Assembly (NCBI GenBank): GCA_964388715.1
Contig: CAYMBN010000002.1
Location: 80,704-144,703, forward strand
DNA length: 64,000 nt
Direction: 5' to 3'
From: an uncultured Methanosarcinales archaeon
GTDB lineage: Archaea > Nanobdellota > Nanobdellia > Woesearchaeales > CAYMBN01
Shown here: piece after piece, positions 30,301 through 37,904 of the stretch
Numbering within the stretch: position 1 is the stretch's first letter
Layout: every line of letters starts with the position of its first letter
Program-made: the position numbers and the translations under genes
Notes under the pieces: model-generated
What the model was told of the DNA's origin: nothing
Databases searched by the model: none
The model's input: only the letters and a program-made list of their open reading frames with translations

Positions 30301-33300
30301 TCTATAAATTCTTCTCCACCTCCACCACCTACACTTTCTTCAGATGAATTGTAAATATTATCACAAATTCCGTTAGCATTTGCATCATAACAACCTTCAA
30401 TTGGTGTATCTTTAGCAGTCCATCTGTTACCATAATTAGAATTGTTAAAAGTGAGGTTGTTTGCATTTTGTGTTCCTGTAAATGAACCAGAACTAACAAA
30501 AGTGTTTCCTGTGAATACAGTGCCATTGGATACTCCGTCTGGACCCATGTTAAAGTTAAAATCTATTTGACTTCCTGAGTTATCTACATTGTTGAATGTG
30601 TTATTATAAAAGAAGTTGTCATGTGAACCATCAAATCGAACTCCTCTTACTTGATTTTTGCTTATATTTGAATGGTTAAATGTGTTGTTATGAGATCTTA
30701 ATAGATAAATTCCTTGGTCAGTGTTATTGATTATGGTTAGGTTGCTCAAGAAGCTTAGGTTTGTACCATTTAGGTAAACACCTATTGTAAAGTTTGAGAT
30801 TGTACAATTTTCAATTGTGATATTTTTTCTTCCACTTATATTGATACCATAAAAATATCCGCCACTACTTGAACTAGTACCATTACCTGTTAAATTATAT
30901 CCTTGGCAGTCTAATCTTATGTTATCAGCTGAGATATGGAAACATGTTGAAGCGTTTGTAACATTTTGTGTTAATTTATAATTTCCACCTGCTGTGTTTA
31001 AATTTTGACAATTATTGATGTTAGTACTAGTATCAAATTCATAGGTTTGTTCTGCTGACCATGCACTTCTTTTTAAACTAGAATCAATTGTTTGGACAGC
31101 CCAATAATATGTTCTATCACTTTGATTTAATAGAACTTGGGTATTGTTATGCATGTTACCATACATACCTTGTGAAGGGGAGTTACCTGTTCCATATTCA
31201 CTAGATATAATATCATTTCCACCTGAAGCTGTTCCTACTCTAATATTATAATATAGTGTTCCTCCTTGTGTATCAGAAGCACCTGACCATGATAAGTTAA
31301 GTCCTGTAGTGACATTATAATTAAATACAGAAGGTGCTGTTGGTGCATTATTGCTGGATATTCTGTTATTAGTATAAACTTTTGAAACTGCTCCAGAATC
31401 ATCTCCAGCTATGATTAAATCAAGATCATTATTACCATTAATATCAACAAGTAATGGTGATCCTTTTTGTATTCCCATTCCACCTACACCAGTATTGCTT
31501 GGCAAAAATTTTGCATATGTTGTGTCAGAAGTGAAAACCTTTCCAGTGTTATTGTATACAAGAACACTTTCCCCAGTATTACCTGAAGATACAAGTATTA
31601 AATCAATTTTACCATCATTATTATAATCTCCAGGATAGATTGCTACTTCTCCACTTGTTGAGAAACCTGTTACCCAACTTGAATTATAATAAAAACTTGT
31701 TTTGTTATTAAAATATACATCTAATCCAAAGCTTCCGCTAACTTGTCCTGATACTACAATATCCATCCATCCATCATTGTTAAAGTCAGCTGATGCCATA
31801 TATGGATGATCATTACCTGATTGATAAAATCTTAAACCATTTGAGTAGGTTGTGTTAAATAAGAATGCTGTTTTGTTGTTTGTGTAAACTTGTGTTATTG
31901 TTGTTGTTATTATAACCAGGTCAAGGTAATCATCATTGTTAATGTCAATTAATTGGGCAGTACCATCTGAAGATCTTGTTAAGTTTTCTTCCCATGAAGA
32001 GTTTTCATTAAAGGTTGTTCCATTGTTTATGTAAACTTTGGATGAATCATTGCTATTGTTTTCTTGCCCTATTATTACTAAGTCAACATCACCGTCTAGG
32101 TCAATGTCACCTTGTACAATTGCTGCATTTTGTACTGGTGTGATATTTTGTTGCCATGATAAATTTTCATTAAAGCTTGTTCCATTGTTTATGTATATTC
32201 TTGTGCTTGCACTACTAGTATTGAAACCAGCAATAATCATGTCTGTATCATTGTCATTGTCAAAGTCTGCTAGTGCAATGCTTGGGGTAGAAACATTGAT
32301 TAGGTTTTGGCTCCATGTTGTATTTTTGTTTAATGTTGTTCCATCACTTGTATAAATATTCATAAGAGGATTACTACTACCATCATCTCCAACAATAATT
32401 ACATCAGGATTTCCATCTTTTAGGAAGTCAGCAGATCCAATTGCAGGTGTTTCTGCAGCAACTAAATTAGTTTGCCAGGTTGAACTTGCAGCGAAAGCTT
32501 CAATAACACTTGTTGAAAGATTTAAGAAACTAATGTTGTTAGAGCCATTACAAGTGGCATTAATACCTACAAAATATGTGCCATTGGTTGAGTCACTTAC
32601 ATTTAATTTAAATGTTATTCTTGAATAAGCACCAACATTCATAAATCCTGTTTGGTTTGCTGTTAAAGTGTTTAAACTATTGTAGTTTGTTAAAGTGATA
32701 GTTACATTGTCAGTTGATGCTTGGTTGTGAATTACATCAATATCATAAGTACCATTATCATTAATTGCAACATAACCATGGAAATTAGTATCATTATATT
32801 GTCCTGTTCCATTAGATGTACTTAAGGATACTGTTATTCCTGCTGCAATTGACTGTGATCTTATTGGAAGATAATCAATAAATTCACTGTCTCCACCTCC
32901 ACCACCTCCGCTTGCAACAGTGGAATTGTAAATCTCATCACAGATTCCATCAACATTTGTATCATAACAAGTTTCAGCAGGAGTGTCTTTAGCAGTCCAT
33001 CTATTACCATAATTAGAATTATTAAAGGAAGCATTATTTGCGTTTTGCATACCATTAAAGCCAGTTGCATCAGTAAAAATGTTACCTGTAAATACAGTAC
33101 CATTTGATTTACCACTTGAACCCATATTAAAGTTTATATCAATTTGATTTCCATTATTGCCATTGTAAAATGTATTATTGTAAAAGAAATTATAATGTGC
33201 TCCATCAAAGTAAACTCCTCTTGCTGAATTATAACTTATATTTGAATGATTGAATGTGTTGTTGTTTGATCTTAATAAATAAATTCCTTGGTCAGTGTTG

Positions 33301-33686
33301 TTAAATATAGTTAAGTTACTAAAGAAACTTAGATTTGTATCATTTAAGTAAATTCCTCTTGTGTAATTGGTTATTGTACAATTTCTAACAGTAATATTTT
33401 TTCTTTTGGTAATGTTGATACCATAGAAATATCCTTGATTGCTTGTGCTAGTACCATTGCCTGTCATAGTATATCCTTGACAATCTAGAATAATATTGTC
33501 TGCTCTAATATCAATACATGTTGCACTACTGTTTACATTTTGTGTTAAAGCATAGCTTCCACCTGATGTGCTTAGATTTGTACATGCATTTATATTGATA
33601 GCATAAGCAAATGAATTATAAAGTAGGAAGACAAAAATTAAAATAATCAAACTCTTCAAATTTGTTTGAATTTTGTTTTTAACCAT
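24291..33686 (-). CDS. 3131-aa surface protein: 2x(NosD + FG-GAP/VCBS propeller + FN3-like), Ig-like repeats, PGF-pre-PGF domain, TM, long Lys/His tail
   Basis: Signal peptide; D.D.DGD.DL repeats; TPGFSYFAI motif; acidic linker; TM IWTLIITSIIVLTYLTI; 83-aa basic tail. Confidence 0.88.
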   Translation of the reverse strand: MVKNKIQTNLKSLIILIFVFLLYNSFAYAININACTNLSTSGGSYALTQNVNSSATCIDIRADNIILDCQGYTMTGNGTSTSNQGYFYGINITKRKNITVRNCTITNYTRGIYLNDTNLSFFSNLTIFNNTDQGIYLLRSNNNTFNHSNISYNSARGVYFDGAHYNFFYNNTFYNGNNGNQIDINFNMGSSGKSNGTVFTGNIFTDATGFNGMQNANNASFNNSNYGNRWTAKDTPAETCYDTNVDGICDEIYNSTVASGGGGGGDSEFIDYLPIRSQSIAAGITVSLSTSNGTGQYNDTNFHGYVAINDNGTYDIDVIHNQASTDNVTITLTNYNSLNTLTANQTGFMNVGAYSRITFKLNVSDSTNGTYFVGINATCNGSNNISFLNLSTSVIEAFAASSTWQTNLVAAETPAIGSADFLKDGNPDVIIVGDDGSSNPLMNIYTSDGTTLNKNTTWSQNLINVSTPSIALADFDNDNDTDMIIAGFNTSSASTRIYINNGTSFNENLSWQQNITPVQNAAIVQGDIDLDGDVDLVIIGQENNSNDSSKVYINNGTTFNENSSWEENLTRSSDGTAQLIDINNDDYLDLVIITTTITQVYTNNKTAFLFNTTYSNGLRFYQSGNDHPYMASADFNNDGWMDIVVSGQVSGSFGLDVYFNNKTSFYYNSSWVTGFSTSGEVAIYPGDYNNDGKIDLILVSSGNTGESVLVYNNTGKVFTSDTTYAKFLPSNTGVGGMGIQKGSPLLVDINGNNDLDLIIAGDDSGAVSKVYTNNRISSNNAPTAPSVFNYNVTTGLNLSWSGASDTQGGTLYYNIRVGTASGGNDIISSEYGTGNSPSQGMYGNMHNNTQVLLNQSDRTYYWAVQTIDSSLKRSAWSAEQTYEFDTSTNINNCQNLNTAGGNYKLTQNVTNASTCFHISADNIRLDCQGYNLTGNGTSSSSGGYFYGINISGRKNITIENCTISNFTIGVYLNGTNLSFLSNLTIINNTDQGIYLLRSHNNTFNHSNISKNQVRGVRFDGSHDNFFYNNTFNNVDNSGSQIDFNFNMGPDGVSNGTVFTGNTFVSSGSFTGTQNANNLTFNNSNYGNRWTAKDTPIEGCYDANANGICDNIYNSSEESVGGGGGEEFIDYLPIRSTSITAGISLSLSTSRGSGRFNDSTFHGYVGVNTTGNYYIDIINSQASSDNMTITLTNYHSLDNLTTNVSSIQGVSPYSKTTFKLNVSDSSTGTFYAGINVTCNGSNNISFLNLSSSIIEAFSTNASWHANLLGVQTPAIAVGDFLKDGNFDLIILGDNGTAPLANVYASNGNTFNKNTTWNENITNVTTPSIALGDFDNDNDTDIIIAGDDGRGSSTKIYINNGTTFKENFTWQENITQVKDAAIVQGDIDLDGDIDLVIIGQENNSNSSSKVYTNNGTTFSESLPWQNNLTRTTDGTAHLIDINNDDYLDLVIITTTTAQVYTNNKTEFKLNTTYSFGLRLYQSGNTHPFSAVADFNNDGWMDLAVSGQFSGSYGLDIYFNNKTSFYYNSSWITDLTATGELAIYPGDYNNNGKVDLVLVPGGTTADSVLLYNNTGSRFIQDNISGKILPTSGSSGTVQKGSGLLTDLDGDNNLDLILVGDQVRDNSTIYINPITSDNNIPNAPITFSSNHTTGLNLSWSGASDTQGGTLYYNLRVGNSSGANNIVSGEYGTSNSPPQGMFGNMLNNTNILLNISNQTYYWAVQTIDSSLKASTWSTEQIYPVSSPVVVLNYPENNFNTTVTSLEFNLTVTDDGTVSNCSLYTNFTGTWQLNKTVSSPTKSALTNITLNNLPQGRFIWNVLCVDSNSNSAWNNSNKTITFDRANPTVTLVTPPNNTLNTTSQSINFYFNVTDALSSIKNCTLILNKTINVTNTTINKAVSSIPFSQTLPNGIHNWSVNCTDFAGNVDNSDIYNLTVNVTNTPPTVNLTSPVNNYNTSQTSISFNCTSTDNTNLTNISFYTNTTGSWLLNATGNVTGTSNSTNITISALTVGTYKWGCLAYDQNSEGNWSSSNYTLTVETTAPTVTLIRPTNNTKNTSNRNIKFFYNVTDGLNIDNCSLIINNSVNQTNSSINKSIANLTFIQSLANADYNWSVNCSDNAGNIGASTTYNITVDVDQTAPIVRLTSPVNNYNTSNYSVNLNCSLTDNKNLTNVSFYTNSTGSWALNYTATITGTSNSTNRTLDILKNGTFIWNCLAYDNAGNSAFNSTNYTFIIENTPPIFNFTISDRYVQTSTAVIATVNATDLKTSITTVVVEGTTLNKSINSTWNGTITLGSDQVLNITVVDTANNTNTTSITSPGITFTIDDDAPIINVTLPTNNQIITNANGNVTFNYSVTEANISLSNFSVDSGQWVLTTTANATNITIYNISGGTHTVVFNVKDEASNLATQVSRTFRVIGQENITERANSIETGNTGVVNVSIKNSSGTELSGVAWMNNSVSMEFEVNASTTDNYSVTMPSFNSSLANWNRTDFTIVVSKHSLPANLSKNKSGTNFTKLVLFQNMSSFLNDTYYNTTTIVFNETLKDFEVMYVDDDLGHNVYKLAQCTGNTAPSTVGNITAACYTNGSLNVTTYVPHLSGAGLANDTVAPTINITGPTNNTNQSADSFVQVSADVWEANPNTTFCRYNITNATGNVQSGTINTTNFTNVGVRYTHMHNYSDLLNGTYNYTLNCTDQNQRSSISSPRNFSIKDGTIPIITDLNYTASGTGTSTVILILNVTTNEHANCAYNTSNLYYGNMTAFSTTGTLSHTTNFSFTTDNTGTLFVRCSDKNSNVMTYSNSTNYTTDVAGSTSTSTSTSSSSSSSSGDGFVIEEPTIKGEKSTQLWTSIKASDTLEMSPDKEEIPITKLEATTKNKLKNVQISVIELTQAPETRRKIKTLVYKYAQVSRTKNLVDGVIENAEIQFKVSKEWLEKNKVNKTDIVLKRYKNSKWNNLPTKIISENNNYTIYKATTPGFSYFAIATTKIIEKEAEENQTALPEEEIEEETLEEEEEEFEKLDLEAMLLSVFTSPEKPSIWTLIITSIIVLTYLTIELSKGKTTKKKKKKKSKKQKKNKHKKHSQKTKVSKKKKHKHKTKKKLSKKGLEKLKTFQKKPKKRNKKRKHKKHNKKIRKNAKKKH
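28470..33600 (-). repeat. Diverged ~2.57-kb (~855-aa) tandem module duplication in the 3131-aa gene
   Basis: YYWAVQTIDSSLK-encoding segments at 31085 and 28520 (offset 2565). NINAC/NINNC module starts. Numerous substitutions between copies. Confidence 0.85.
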
Positions 33687-33924
33687 TTTTTTTCTTTACC
33701 CTATTATAAACTGTCCAGATGTTTCGTTCATCTCGATCAAGGACTAGAGCAATTTCATTATAGCTTAGTTTTTCTTCTTCTCTTAGATATTTTACAATTG
33801 CTTCAAGAGCAGTAAGATTGTTGCCACGAAAGATGTAAGTAGGAAGGGTTAGTTTGGAAATAAGATTAAGAAAATCTTTACTAATAGTCACTCTTTTTTT
33901 CTTATAATAGCTGTTTTTTCCCAA
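33679..33924 (-). CDS. Single-HTH regulator, same family as 17026-17454
   Basis: LTALEAIVKYLREEEKLSYNEIALVLDRDERNIWTVYNR. Stop overlaps the ATG of the 3131-aa gene. Confidence 0.8.
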   Translation of the reverse strand: MGKNSYYKKKRVTISKDFLNLISKLTLPTYIFRGNNLTALEAIVKYLREEEKLSYNEIALVLDRDERNIWTVYNRVKKKNG

Positions 33925-33933
33925 TTTAATAGT

Positions 33934-33970
33934 AATAATATGTGTGTATATTATTTATAAATGTTTCGGT
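33934..33970 (-). promoter_or_regulatory. BRE+TATA promoter with adjoining 8-6-8 palindrome
   Basis: Minus strand ACCGAAACATTTATAAATAA; AATAATAT-N6-ATATTATT at 33934-33955. Confidence 0.6.
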
Positions 33971-34099
33971 TTTTTATGATTTTTTACATTTTTTACACAT
34001 TTTTTAACGTTTTTTAGGTATATTTTGTTGGAAATTTTAGCTTAGAATGGATTTTTTATACATACAGAAGATGTTATTGGTTGATAAAAGAAGAAAAGG

Positions 34100-34264
34100 A
34101 GGGAGTGCAGGGATTTTCGTTGTTTTTTTGTATCTCGAACCCTGGAATAGTCGGGATCTGTATTTCATTGGCATGAGCCTCATCATCCCAAAAACTATTG
34201 CAGCCGACCGCCATAACTTTGAAAAAAATTAACTTTTTCAATTTAGCCGCTTGGCCACACTCCC
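34100..34264 (-). tRNA. trnC: tRNA-Cys(GCA) with three introns (D-loop, canonical 37/38, T-loop 59/60)
   Basis: Acceptor GGGAGTG/CACTCCC + U73; anticodon stem GTCGG/CCGAC with GCA at 34201-34199; T stem CAGGG/CCCTG. Introns at 34213-34242, 34156-34197 and 34114-34133 with BHB-like junctions. Confidence 0.9.
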
Positions 34265-34370
34265 ATTACACAAAGTATTTTTCTTTATGTTTATTAATCT
34301 TTTTGTTTTAAAAAAACAAAAATTTTAAATAGTCATATGTTTAAAGTAGTGGTATAATATTAAAAACGAG

Positions 34371-34784
34371 GTGAAATTCATGAAGTTAAGGTATATTGTA
34401 GCAATGTTGTTGATTGTAGCATTGTTAAGTGGATGTGCTAAAGAAGCACCAGTAGAACCTGAACCAGTAGCTCCAGTAGTAACAGAACCAGTAGTAACAG
34501 AACCGGAAGTTATTGAAGAACCAGCTGAACCTGAACCTGCTGTTCATGAAGTACAAATTCTTGCAAAAGCTTTTGAACCAGAAGAACTTGAAATTAATGC
34601 AGGCGATAGTGTAGTGTGGACAAATATGGATACAAGAAGACAATCTATATTTAGTAAACCAGCAGGTACATTCAAAAGTCCTGTATTAAAAGAAGGAGAA
34701 ATATTTGAACATGTTTTTGAAGAAGCTGGTGAATTAGAAGCAATGAGCATATTTGGCTTTACAGGTAAAATTACTGTTAAGTAA
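34371..34784 (+). CDS. Cupredoxin-fold lipoprotein lacking copper ligands
   Basis: Lipobox LLSGC, Pro/Glu linker, FEPEELEINAGDSVVWTN...FEHVFEEAG...GKITV. His/Cys/His ligands are absent. Confidence 0.75.
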   Translation: MKFMKLRYIVAMLLIVALLSGCAKEAPVEPEPVAPVVTEPVVTEPEVIEEPAEPEPAVHEVQILAKAFEPEELEINAGDSVVWTNMDTRRQSIFSKPAGTFKSPVLKEGEIFEHVFEEAGELEAMSIFGFTGKITVK

Positions 34785-34806
34785 ATTTATTTTTTATTTC
34801 TTTTTT

Positions 34807-35247
34807 TTATAATTTAGGATAAGATTTCTTTCCATACTTTTTTACATATCCATCAAAGTTTGATTTTCCTGGGATTGTTAGTTGATCTCTTTTAATGTCT
34901 TTAATTGAAATCCATTTAAATTCAGTAAATTTATCTTTTTCTATTATTTTTGTTTTTCCTGATATATATTTTGTAATGTAAAATATACCTACCCAGTGTT
35001 TTTTAATATTTGGAAGAATTACTTCAACAGGCTTAAGAAATTCTAAAACTTTTATTTCAATATTAAACTCTTCTTTAACTTCTCTTTTTATTGCTTTCTC
35101 AAAAGTTTCACCAAAATCAACTCCTCCACCTGGAAAATCCCATCTATCAGATTCATCACGTGCTTTTGAACCTCTCTTACCAATGAGAACCTTTCCCTCA
35201 TTATTAAATATTAATGCTCCTACTGCAACTTTAATTTGATCTTTCAT
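34807..35247 (-). CDS. Nudix hydrolase
   Basis: Nudix box GGGVDFGETFEKAIKREVKEEFN. Confidence 0.92.
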   Translation of the reverse strand: MKDQIKVAVGALIFNNEGKVLIGKRGSKARDESDRWDFPGGGVDFGETFEKAIKREVKEEFNIEIKVLEFLKPVEVILPNIKKHWVGIFYITKYISGKTKIIEKDKFTEFKWISIKDIKRDQLTIPGKSNFDGYVKKYGKKSYPKL

Positions 35248-36506
35248 ATAAAATCACCTAATCCTTTTTGTTTATGTTTTGGTTTGAATGATTTTGTTTC
35301 TATTTTTTTGTTTCCAAAGATTGGTTTGCCATATTCTCCATCATAACCTGGTTGGACTTTGAGTTTTCCTTGCCTTACTGTGATGATTGCTTGTGCTATT
35401 TTTGGATTTGTTAGTTTTTGTAGTTCTTCTAATGGTGTTTTTAGGAGGATGTCTAATTCTGTTCTGTTGTTTGTGACAAGTTTATAATATTCCGCCCAAA
35501 CTTTTTTTGTTGCAACTGCTGTTCCTAAGAAATATGAAAGGATTTCTGAGAGTGGGATTAAAGAATGAAATTCTTTTGCGTTTTTTGGTTTGTAGTTTTC
35601 TGGTCTATCTGCTAATTGTTCAACACGGTATTCAACGCCAATTGTAACTGGTCTACCACAAGCTGGGCAGATGCCTTTATTTTTAATTGTGTCAGAAGGT
35701 TTCATGCAAACATTACAATTCCTATGTCCATCCCAATGATATTTTCCGTAAGCTGGATCAACTTCAATTGTTCCTGTGAGATTGTTTCCTGTTCTTAATG
35801 CTTGGATTAAGTTTTTGTATGTTAACTCTTTTAAGTTGAAGAGTGTTGCTTCTCTTCCAATTCGCCATGGCCAGAATGAATGTAGGTCAGAGAAAGAGAC
35901 AAGATTGTAATTATCTAACTGACTGAGGCGCCAGTTCATTGCTGGGTCTGAGCTGAGGCCTGTTTCTAGAGCATGAATGTTTTTTAATTGATCACCAAAT
36001 GCTTCTTTTATTGTATCAAAACCAGATTTTGAGCCAAATAATGAAAACCACGGTGTCCATATATGTGCTGGAATAACTTCAATATCTTTACTGATTTTCA
36101 TTAACATTTCTGTGAATTCAATACAAGAAAGTTTGAATATTGGACGGCCATCATAATCAACTCTACCAAGTTTGAGAAGTTCATCTGTTATTTGTTGAAC
36201 AATTTCTAAAGAAGGTGCTAGGATTACATTGTGTACACGTCTTCCTTTTCCATTTTGTGTGTAAATTAATGAAATTTCTGATTGAAGAATAAATGGAAAA
36301 CCTGTTTTTGTTGTGTAGATTCCGTTTTGGTTATCTGTAAGAGTTGATTTGATTTCTTTAATCCATTCTGGATGTGTGAAATCACCTGTACCTAAAAGGT
36401 TAACACCTTTAATCCGTGCATATTTTTCTAGATTTGGAATAGAAAGTTGTTTTGATGTTGCTCTTGAAAATCTTCCATGTATATGTAAGTCTGATATGAA
36501 TTTCAT
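35244..36506 (-). CDS. endoQ: Endonuclease Q family (PHP domain + Zn ribbon)
   Basis: DLHIHGRFSRATS, GTGDFTHP, ETGLSSDP, GKYHWDGHRNC...CPACG, PGYDGEYG. Confidence 0.9.
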   Translation of the reverse strand: MKFISDLHIHGRFSRATSKQLSIPNLEKYARIKGVNLLGTGDFTHPEWIKEIKSTLTDNQNGIYTTKTGFPFILQSEISLIYTQNGKGRRVHNVILAPSLEIVQQITDELLKLGRVDYDGRPIFKLSCIEFTEMLMKISKDIEVIPAHIWTPWFSLFGSKSGFDTIKEAFGDQLKNIHALETGLSSDPAMNWRLSQLDNYNLVSFSDLHSFWPWRIGREATLFNLKELTYKNLIQALRTGNNLTGTIEVDPAYGKYHWDGHRNCNVCMKPSDTIKNKGICPACGRPVTIGVEYRVEQLADRPENYKPKNAKEFHSLIPLSEILSYFLGTAVATKKVWAEYYKLVTNNRTELDILLKTPLEELQKLTNPKIAQAIITVRQGKLKVQPGYDGEYGKPIFGNKKIETKSFKPKHKQKGLGDFI

Positions 36507-36552
36507 GTTTGATTAGAGAGAGCAGTTATATTTAAATTTTTGGAAATATTAT

Positions 36553-37365
36553 TTACTTTTTGAGATTTTGATTGAACACAACTCTTTTTGGATAAGGTAT
36601 TTCTATTTTATTTTTTTCTAGCAATAACTTAAGTTCTTTGTGAAGGTCATAGTAAACATCCCAATAGTCTGTTCTTTTAACCCATGGTTTTACTGCTAAT
36701 TCTACTGCATAGTCTGCTAGTTTTGTGACAGCAACAATTGGTTCTGGATCATTAAGAATCTTTTTGTTTTTCTTTAATGTATCTTTAATGATTTTAAGTG
36801 CTTTGTTAACATCACTTTCATAACTAATTCCAATTGTTAAATCAATTCTTCTTGTATTGTGTGCGCTATAGTTTGTTATTGCTTGACCCCAAATCTTTGA
36901 GTTTGGTATTGTTATTTTTTTGTTATCAGGTGTTTTTAGTATACATGCACTGATACCTACTTCTTGTACTGTTCCTTTTATTCCACCTGCGTGAACATAA
37001 TTTCCAACTCTGAATGGTTTGTATATCAGGATCATTATGCCTGAAGCAAGGTTACCTAGTGTATCTTTTAATGCAAATCCAACAATAAAACCTGCTACTC
37101 CTAAACCTGCAAGCATTGGACCTATGTCAACTCCTAAATTATCAAGTATAAAAAGGAGTAAGAAAATCCAAAGAACAAACTTAACTGATTTTTCAATGAA
37201 TTTTTCAATTGTTGGGTCAAAATCAACTCTGTCAAAGAATTTGTGGAGTGCTTTTGCAATAATTTTTATAATAATGTAACCGATAATTAAAGTAATCAAT
37301 ACCCATAAAGCTGTCATACCATAAGAATACAGTTTTTGTAATTGTTCTGGTGTGATTGTTATCAT
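36553..37365 (-). CDS. mscS: Small-conductance mechanosensitive channel
   Basis: Three TM helices; GFALKDTLGNLASG, PFRVG, TPDNKKITIPN, IEIPYP. Confidence 0.93.
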   Translation of the reverse strand: MITITPEQLQKLYSYGMTALWVLITLIIGYIIIKIIAKALHKFFDRVDFDPTIEKFIEKSVKFVLWIFLLLFILDNLGVDIGPMLAGLGVAGFIVGFALKDTLGNLASGIMILIYKPFRVGNYVHAGGIKGTVQEVGISACILKTPDNKKITIPNSKIWGQAITNYSAHNTRRIDLTIGISYESDVNKALKIIKDTLKKNKKILNDPEPIVAVTKLADYAVELAVKPWVKRTDYWDVYYDLHKELKLLLEKNKIEIPYPKRVVFNQNLKK

Positions 37366-37445
37366 TATTTGAATTGGAGAATATTCTAGTTTATATAATT
37401 TTTGATTAGTTTAAAAGAATTAAAAAAAATAAAAAAATAAAACAT

Positions 37446-37802
37446 TTACTTAACTGATGCTAGTGCGTATACTTCTTTTAGAGCGACAACTACAATAGCT
37501 GGAACAACGAATGCTAAGATAGCATTAAAAATTCCTACTAAGTATGCACCTAGATACATAACACCGCCTAAATTAGCTCCTGCACCGCCTGCAAAAGCTA
37601 CGATCACTAACACAGTAGTTACTAGTAAGAAATCTTTTGTTTCCTTACCTGTGACATTTAAAAAGCCCACTATTAAACCTAGCAATACTAACAATGACAT
37701 GAGCCATGGAGTTAGAGTGCCGAGTTGAGCTGATGCAAGTCCTAGAATAACTGCCAGAATTACACCAAGTACAAATGCCACGTGGCCTACTTTGTCTTTC
37801 AT
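37446..37802 (-). CDS. Small hydrophobic 4-TM membrane protein of unknown function
   Basis: Four hydrophobic helices; LGLIVGFLNV...E...FL motif; strong GGAGGTG RBS. Confidence 0.8.
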   Translation of the reverse strand: MKDKVGHVAFVLGVILAVILGLASAQLGTLTPWLMSLLVLLGLIVGFLNVTGKETKDFLLVTTVLVIVAFAGGAGANLGGVMYLGAYLVGIFNAILAFVVPAIVVVALKEVYALASVK

Positions 37803-37806
37803 TGGC

Positions 37807-37824
37807 TAAACACCTCCGTGTTTA
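37807..37824 (-). promoter_or_regulatory. Stem-loop occluding the RBS of the 118-aa membrane protein gene
   Basis: mRNA UAAACAC-GGAG-GUGUUUA-GCCA-AUG: a perfect 7-bp stem containing the SD GGAGGUG. Confidence 0.55.
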
Positions 37825-37904
37825 TAGTCTGAGACCATAAAAGGGTCTAATTACTACCTCTATGCAATGTATCTTATTTAAAGTTTTATGACTACTTGCG
37901 AGAA

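Noticed and set aside
441..33115. Many short ORFs overlapping the giant genes (antisense or alternative frame)
   Set aside because: They are shadows of biased codon usage in long, well-supported genes and carry no recognisable motifs.
34156..34197. AUGAUGA (box C-like) inside the tRNA-Cys anticodon intron, suggesting an intron-encoded C/D guide
   Set aside because: The intron is only 42 nt, has no CUGA box D, and the motif lies within the intron hairpin.
34047..34232. 61-aa ORF in the track
   Set aside because: It is the antisense shadow of the intron-containing tRNA-Cys.
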